From assembly GCA_049302075.1 (NCBI GenBank), contig JBAQLS010000046.1, positions 148,436-212,435 of the forward strand: a DNA stretch of 64,000 bases, written 5' to 3'. Below the pieces are notes generated by a model, which saw only the letters and a program-made list of their open reading frames with translations, was not told the DNA's origin and did no database searches. Each line of letters opens with the position of its first letter. The stretch's first letter is position 1. This DNA comes from Carboxydocellales bacterium. Its GTDB lineage: Bacteria; Bacillota; GCA-003054495; Carboxydocellales; JAJZTU01. Made by a program: the position numbers and the translations under genes. Positions 58,867 through 64,000 of the stretch are shown here, one piece after another.

Positions 58867-59658
58867 CTAATTAACACCACTACTATCGCCATTTTTAACT
58901 GGCTTTTCTGCTATAATTAGCAATTGCTTACTTGCAAGGGAAACTGGACGCAGATTAAAACCACCATACACCTTAATTACCATTAAACCAGCCTTTTCCA
59001 GGACCATTTGGAGCTCTTGCAAGGTGTAAATGCGACAGGAATGGGTAAACTTCCGAATCTCACCTTTAACAATATATTTAGTCTTGATAACATCACGACC
59101 GGTCGCTGAATCAAACTGATAATTATTTATCTCCACAATTCCACCAAACTCCCGTTGCTCTTCACCGGATTGGAAATTATGTACCACCCAGTCTCTGTTC
59201 AGTACATCCAACAACAACTTTCCACCAGGTTTTAGCACTCGGGTAATTGACTTCATGGCTTTAAGGTGTTCCTCCTCATTTTCTAGATAACCAAAGCTAC
59301 TCCAGAGATTTAACACAACGTTAAACTTATCCTGAAAAGGTAGTTCCCGCATATCTCCCTGAATAAACTCTACTTTTAGACCTTCTTCTTGAGCCTTGCG
59401 GTTGGCTGCCTGCAAAAGCCTTGGGCTGGCATCAAGACCTATCACCTGGAAGCCTGACTTGACCAGAGGAATAGTGTGCCTGCCAATTCCACAACACAAA
59501 TCCAAAATTTCGTGCTCTGGCTGTAATGCCAGGGCATTCTTTATTATTTCTACCTCTTTTTTCGCCTTTCTTAATATGTCCTTGTTTAACACAGTAAAAT
59601 ATTCTTCACCTACATAGTCAAATAAATCATAATACCAAGGCATATCCACCCTCCTCAA
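58867..59658 (-). CDS. Class I SAM-dependent methyltransferase
   Basis: Motif I (ILDLCCGIGRH) and post I (VIGLDAS). 263 aa. Confidence 0.85.
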   Translation of the reverse strand: MRRVDMPWYYDLFDYVGEEYFTVLNKDILRKAKKEVEIIKNALALQPEHEILDLCCGIGRHTIPLVKSGFQVIGLDASPRLLQAANRKAQEEGLKVEFIQGDMRELPFQDKFNVVLNLWSSFGYLENEEEHLKAMKSITRVLKPGGKLLLDVLNRDWVVHNFQSGEEQREFGGIVEINNYQFDSATGRDVIKTKYIVKGEIRKFTHSCRIYTLQELQMVLEKAGLMVIKVYGGFNLRPVSLASKQLLIIAEKPVKNGDSSGVN

Positions 59659-59735
59659 TTAAAAAAACCAGCTGGATTTACCCAATCTGGCTTTAGATTC
59701 TCAACTTATATCCCTTAAATAAATTCCCTTAGCTG

Positions 59736-59954
59736 CTATGTAATATGCAACCTACCCTCATTTAGAAATTGCAGTATTATTGTACTGGAAAGGCCGGTGC
59801 CTGCACTAACCTCAAAGACGCTAGACCCCTGATTATTTTCGATAAATTCTTTGATAATCCGGAATTGCTCATCCTTTACCTTAATACAGGCTTTACAATG
59901 GCTGCCTTCTGAAGTTTTAACAATTTTTCCGCAAATTGGACAGTTAGTAATCAT
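59736..59954 (-). CDS. YvyF-like zinc-ribbon protein (flagellar-operon protein family), short form
   Basis: NCPICGK...CKAC...FLNEGRL parallels B. subtilis YvyF (NCPKCN...CDNC...FLKEGRL). Adjacent to an MCP gene. Confidence 0.5.
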   Translation of the reverse strand: MITNCPICGKIVKTSEGSHCKACIKVKDEQFRIIKEFIENNQGSSVFEVSAGTGLSSTIILQFLNEGRLHIT

Positions 59955-60071
59955 GTTTCGGTCTCCTTCGTAACAAGCTTTCCAAAGTTATTTCTACAAT
60001 TATATTCCTTTTCCTGCCTATACCAAAAAATACCTTAAAACTAACCAGGAGTACAAATAATCGTAGACTAA

Positions 60072-61760
60072 CTAAACGGTAAATTTAGATGCCAAAACTT
60101 TTAACTCGTCGGCCAGTTGGGCTAGTAATTCAACCGAAGCAGCTACCTCCTGTATGGACGCTGTCTGTTCCTCAGAAGCTACTGCCACTTGCTGAGCACT
60201 GGCCGCTGTTTCCTCTGAAACGGCAGCAATATTTTCAATTGCATTAACAATTTCTTGTGCCCCTGCTGCCATCTCCTCTGTAGCTGAGGATACTTCGGAA
60301 ATTTTACTGTTCACCTCACCAATAGAACGAACAATTTCCTGAAAAGCTTCTCCCGCTTTGGTAACAACCTCAGCTCCTTCGGCAACCTCCTGTGTCTTTT
60401 CATTCATTACCAACACCGCATTATCCGTTTCCTTGCGAGTTTCTTTAATTAAGGCAGAAATTTGGGTTGCCGCCTCACCGGATTGTTCCGCTAGCTTCCG
60501 CACTTCGTCAGCTACCACGGCAAAGCCTCGACCGTGTTCACCAGCCCTAGCTGCTTCTATAGCCGCATTTAGGGCTAGTAAATTAGTTTGTTTGGCTATT
60601 CCAGTAATTACACCGACAATATTACCAATTTCCTGAGACCTAGTCCCTAGTGTCTTGATTTGTTTAGCAAAACTCGCCACCGATTCGTTAATAGTATGCA
60701 TACGCTTCACAGTTTCCTCGATAGCCAATCCGCCCATACTTGCAAGTTCAGCTGCACTGTCCGCCGCTAATAACATTTCATGGGCGTTTTCAGCTATCTG
60801 CATAGAACCCTTAGACATTTGGTTAATAATATGGGCAGTTTGCTCTACGCTTTTGGACTGGCTGCCCGTACCTTGCGCTACTTGATTAATAGTATAAGAA
60901 ATCTGCTCAATTGCTCGGCTTGACTGCTCCGTACCCGCACTTAATTGCTGGGACGAACTGGCTATTTGAACAGCAGCACTAAACACCTGATTAATTAAAA
61001 CGGACAGATTTTTCATCATGTTATTAAATGCCACAGCTAATTGTCCTAGCTCATCTTTAGTCTTAACCTTCACAGTACAGGTAAAGTCTCCTTGCTCTGC
61101 CTTACTCATACCCTGTTGTAATTCTCTAATCGGCTTATCCAGTTGTCGAGCTACCACAAAAGCAAACACATTGGCAACAAGTTGCCCAATTAGCATGGTT
61201 ATTAATAGTTTAAACCCTAAATCATTAATCTCCGAACTTAAATGGGTATAAGGAATACCAATATTCCATATACCGATTGTCTGGCCCTCGGCATTTTTAA
61301 GGGGTTCATAAGCAGCAAAATAATTTTGGCCGATATCTGTAACCTCACTAACAAAACCCGTCCCATCTTTAAGTACACTTTGAACTTCAAGGGAAGTGTT
61401 TACAGTATTATTAGCCCTGCTACTATCCTGGTTAAGTATAGTAGTAGCTACCCTTTTATTATTCAAATACAAGGTAACCGAAGCATTAGTAATTTTACTG
61501 ATTTTGTCTACCAAAAAATAATTTTCACTCATGGTTGCTTGTCCTTTGTACAAAATACCGTTTTCCTCTCGCCAGCTTCCCGGATATTGGACATCAATGT
61601 AGGCCAAACTCAAAGCCAATTCCGAATGTAGTTTATCGTGAAAAGAATTGGCTAACACAGACTTGGTATTTCCTATTGCATAAAGCCCGGTGGCTACAGC
61701 AGTTATAAAAACAGTCAGCATTAAAATGAGTGCTAACTTGTTTCTAAAATTTAATTTCAT
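60072..61760 (-). CDS. Methyl-accepting chemotaxis protein (N-terminal periplasmic sensor, HAMP, MA signalling domain)
   Basis: Two TM segments flanking a ~150-aa sensor domain. Highly conserved MA domain ([34 protein letters not shown]). Confidence 0.92.
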   Translation of the reverse strand: MKLNFRNKLALILMLTVFITAVATGLYAIGNTKSVLANSFHDKLHSELALSLAYIDVQYPGSWREENGILYKGQATMSENYFLVDKISKITNASVTLYLNNKRVATTILNQDSSRANNTVNTSLEVQSVLKDGTGFVSEVTDIGQNYFAAYEPLKNAEGQTIGIWNIGIPYTHLSSEINDLGFKLLITMLIGQLVANVFAFVVARQLDKPIRELQQGMSKAEQGDFTCTVKVKTKDELGQLAVAFNNMMKNLSVLINQVFSAAVQIASSSQQLSAGTEQSSRAIEQISYTINQVAQGTGSQSKSVEQTAHIINQMSKGSMQIAENAHEMLLAADSAAELASMGGLAIEETVKRMHTINESVASFAKQIKTLGTRSQEIGNIVGVITGIAKQTNLLALNAAIEAARAGEHGRGFAVVADEVRKLAEQSGEAATQISALIKETRKETDNAVLVMNEKTQEVAEGAEVVTKAGEAFQEIVRSIGEVNSKISEVSSATEEMAAGAQEIVNAIENIAAVSEETAASAQQVAVASEEQTASIQEVAASVELLAQLADELKVLASKFTV

Positions 61761-61965
61761 CTTCTCGACCTCCCCCGAATAATCTATCTAGGAAAAATTC
61801 GACTAAAACATCCAAATTCCTTCCTTAGAGGAAAAGATAAGTACTTAAGTTATAATATTTCCTCAAAAAAATACCTAGGTTATTAACTAACCTAGGGTAT
61901 CAATAAAAATTAATTGCAATCAAATTGTCAAACTAGCTATTAAATAGCTTCGTTAACTGCAACCT

Positions 61966-62133
61966 CTACTCATTTTCCTGCTTAGTTCGCATATATCGTA
62001 CAATAAGTTCATCAATTTCACAACTCTTAGTATAAACCATACCGTCCTGCAAAGGGTTAAGGGATTCGGCAGCAAGTTTAAGCATAAGATTTTGCTGTTT
62101 TCTAATTTCCCTAAGCATATGCTCTCTATCCAT
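61966..62133 (-). CDS. Spo0E-like sporulation regulatory protein (aspartyl-phosphate phosphatase family), not in the supplied ORF track
   Basis: ATG at 62133 follows a perfect AGGAGG SD. Encodes MDREHMLREIRKQQNLMLKLAAESLNPLQDGMVYTKSCEIDELIVRYMRTKQENE (55 aa), the Spo0E helical-hairpin pattern. Confidence 0.6.
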   Translation of the reverse strand: MDREHMLREIRKQQNLMLKLAAESLNPLQDGMVYTKSCEIDELIVRYMRTKQENE

Positions 62134-62406
62134 AGCACTGCCTCCTATATTAGTACACAGTGATCATAACAAAAAACCTACTTCCGCAGTAGACAAAATC
62201 TAAACGTCTACTTCAGTAACTCGACCATCTTAGCATTTTCATACCGTAGATACGTAGTTTTACGCCCCTATTTTTCAATAAGTTTGCATTTTCGATAATA
62301 ATTACCTTATGTTCCTAAAATATCGTTACTCTGTACATAATATAACATATTTTTTTTGTAACTCATGTAAAAATTTGTCGACAACTAAAATTTTTTATAA
62401 ATTTTT

Positions 62407-63681
62407 TTAATATAAATTTTTGTCACTAATTCCGTAAAGCCTTGTGCGGCGTTCTTTCCGACGTTCCTTGCGCAAAGCAGCCTTTCTAATTAACAAAAAT
62501 AAATAGACTAATCCTAAGGCCCATCCGCCTATCCAGATTACTTTTTTTACTGGAAATTTCTTAGGTTCCACATTATTGGCCGCCAATAATTCCACCTGCC
62601 CTAGTTCTTGCCCCCCAGAAGTATAAATTAGTTTTCCGACTACTGTTCCTTTGGGCACGGGTGCTCGCAGGTTTTTGGTCAATTCCACACTAGGCTGGGG
62701 ATTAAGCACACCCCCCCGGTTAACTGTATAAGCTAGACTTCTGGCAGTTAGAGCTTGGACAGGTATTTCAGCATTTTGTACCGTCACTGTCTTTACCAAC
62801 TTATTCCCCTCGATTAATTTAACCGTTTGGAAGTTAGCAAATCCAAAGTCTAAGAGCTTGGTGACATCACCCCAGATGCTTCCTCCCGTACTACCTAAAA
62901 CCACAGCTATAAACTCCTGGTCATCCTTTTTCGCAGAACCAACTAAACATTGCTGAGCCTGAACAGTATAACCGGTCTTAATTCCATTAGCTCCTTCGTA
63001 GCGCCAGAGTAACTTGTTATGGTTGATTAACCTAGTTAGAGCATCAGCAGGAACGCGGTTAATATCCTTGACCTTACTTCCCACAATCTTCCTAAATTCG
63101 GGGTTACCCATCGCTGCTTTAGCTATCAGGGCCAAATCATGGGTTGTTGTATAATGGTCGGGACTAGGAAGTCCATTTGGATTCACAAAATTGGATTCTA
63201 CCGCACCTAATTGCTTGGCCTTATCATTCATTATTTTTGTAAAACCCTGAACTGAACCACCAATATGCTTGGCTATTGCCACTGCAGCATCATTAGCCGA
63301 ATTAAGTAGAAGGGACCAGATTAGTTCCTCTAGAGTAACCTCTTCCCCTTCCTTCAACCAAATGGAAGAGCCTCCAGCTTCAGTGGGTTCCTTATCTATA
63401 ATAACTTTGTCCCCCAGCTTTCCCTGCTCCAGAGCAACTAAGGCTGTTAAAATTTTGGTGGTGCTAGCAGGGTACAATCTGCCATGCTCATTTTTAGCAA
63501 ACAGAATTTGACCGGTGTTAGTATCAATTAAAACGGCACCATTCCCTACTACAGGAGGTGGAGTTGGAGTTGGAATAACAAGCTCAGGTTTATCCATTGT
63601 TGGAACTATTGGGTTGGCCACAGCCCTACTAACTGGAGTTAGCAATATTACAAGGGCTAAAAAAATTCTTATCAGCTTCAT
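62407..63681 (-). CDS. D-alanyl-D-alanine carboxypeptidase (PBP5/DacB/DacF family)
   Basis: Signal peptide, ASTTKILTA (SxxK), SLN and KTG motifs, and a C-terminal membrane anchor. Confidence 0.9.
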   Translation of the reverse strand: MKLIRIFLALVILLTPVSRAVANPIVPTMDKPELVIPTPTPPPVVGNGAVLIDTNTGQILFAKNEHGRLYPASTTKILTALVALEQGKLGDKVIIDKEPTEAGGSSIWLKEGEEVTLEELIWSLLLNSANDAAVAIAKHIGGSVQGFTKIMNDKAKQLGAVESNFVNPNGLPSPDHYTTTHDLALIAKAAMGNPEFRKIVGSKVKDINRVPADALTRLINHNKLLWRYEGANGIKTGYTVQAQQCLVGSAKKDDQEFIAVVLGSTGGSIWGDVTKLLDFGFANFQTVKLIEGNKLVKTVTVQNAEIPVQALTARSLAYTVNRGGVLNPQPSVELTKNLRAPVPKGTVVGKLIYTSGGQELGQVELLAANNVEPKKFPVKKVIWIGGWALGLVYLFLLIRKAALRKERRKERRTRLYGISDKNLY

Positions 63682-63725
63682 CTCATCACCCTTAGTTTGT
63701 AGTTATAATTATAAATAGTACTAAT

Positions 63726-64000
63726 TTAATAGGTTAAGGCGTCAAAATCAAAGTAAAGCTGGACATTGTTTTTATTGCGAGATTTTACATAATACAAGGC
63801 TTTATCGGCCTTTTCAATTAGTTCTTCTTTTGTGGTAGCATCAGTGGGATAGTTGGAAATTCCAATGGAGACGGTAATTCTTCCATCAGGTTGGCTGGAG
63901 CACCCGGTAAAAGGGTGACTCTCTACTGCTTCCAGAATTCGACGGGCGGCAATTAACGCTCCTTCATTGCAGGTATCAGCCAAAATTATGGCAAACTCTT
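63726..64000 (-). CDS. GGDEF-domain protein (diguanylate cyclase), C-terminal part; gene continues past the window end
   Basis: ...RITVSIGISNYPTDATTKEELIEKADKALYYVKSRNKNNVQ is the GGDEF C-terminal half. The frame stays open to position 64000. Confidence 0.7.
   Translation of the reverse strand, partial: EFAIILADTCNEGALIAARRILEAVESHPFTGCSSQPDGRITVSIGISNYPTDATTKEELIEKADKALYYVKSRNKNNVQLYFDFDALTY

Noticed and set aside
61953-62138. Supplied 61-aa ORF MLWIESICLGKLENSKIL...
   Set aside because: It is in a different frame from the Spo0E-like ORF, which has a perfect RBS and a protein-like sequence. The supplied ORF is hydrophobic junk with no RBS.
1-64000. CRISPR arrays, tRNA and rRNA genes
   Set aside because: No spacer-repeat architecture. 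The only tandem repeats are short coding repeats (12-, 18-, 9-bp units) or the 18-bp upstream repeats. I saw no cloverleaf-compatible tRNA-like segment with a GTTCRANYC T-loop.

Overview
This looks like a chromosomal window from a spore-forming Firmicute of the Clostridia, plausibly a Peptococcaceae/Desulfotomaculum-like anaerobe. The guess rests on a PASTA-containing class B PBP, DUF881 twins, a Spo0E-like ORF, cooS and roughly 50% GC housekeeping DNA. Almost every gene lies on the minus strand. The left end holds the division/cell-wall (dcw) cluster, mraZ-rsmH-ftsL-pbp-murE-murF-mraY-murD, with an unusual ~800-bp structured non-coding insertion between mraY and murD. After that come transporters (ArsB/NhaD-like, TauE, DedA), a LysR regulator, an orphan beta-class DNA methyltransferase, a BsuPI-like protein and several enzymes (histidinol phosphatase, MetE-like). 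Two tandem class A PBPs with low-complexity tails follow. A visibly AT-rich island (~28.05-32.6 kb) carries a HEPN/MNT toxin-antitoxin pair, DinD remnants, a large radical SAM protein with an unknown C-terminal domain and an SPFH protein. Next is a BadF-type ATPase plus two DUF2229 'CoA-enzyme activase' genes, with a third DUF2229 paralog at 26.8 kb. A second lower-GC island (~35.9-44.4 kb) holds an EmrAB-like efflux set, a FabH-like KAS III, an HD hydrolase, a DtxR-like regulator and an ABC1/UbiB kinase. The right part contains two DUF881 genes, a NarL-type response regulator, a contiguous bshC-bshB1-bshA bacillithiol operon, hsp20, a TauT/NitT-type ABC transporter, cooS (CODH), cysK, a YlbF-like gene, a SAM methyltransferase, a YvyF-like zinc-ribbon protein, an MCP, an unannotated Spo0E-like small ORF, a D-Ala-D-Ala carboxypeptidase and a partial GGDEF gene. 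The most striking signal is non-coding. There are two families of interspersed, highly structured repeats. Family 1 is ~224 nt with three copies; its stems change sequence between copies but keep pairing, its loop is conserved, and G-U pairs appear only on the + strand. All three copies sit beside cell-wall genes. Family 2 is ~125 nt, near-palindromic, with five copies, each immediately 3' of a gene stop. I found no tRNA, rRNA or CRISPR array.
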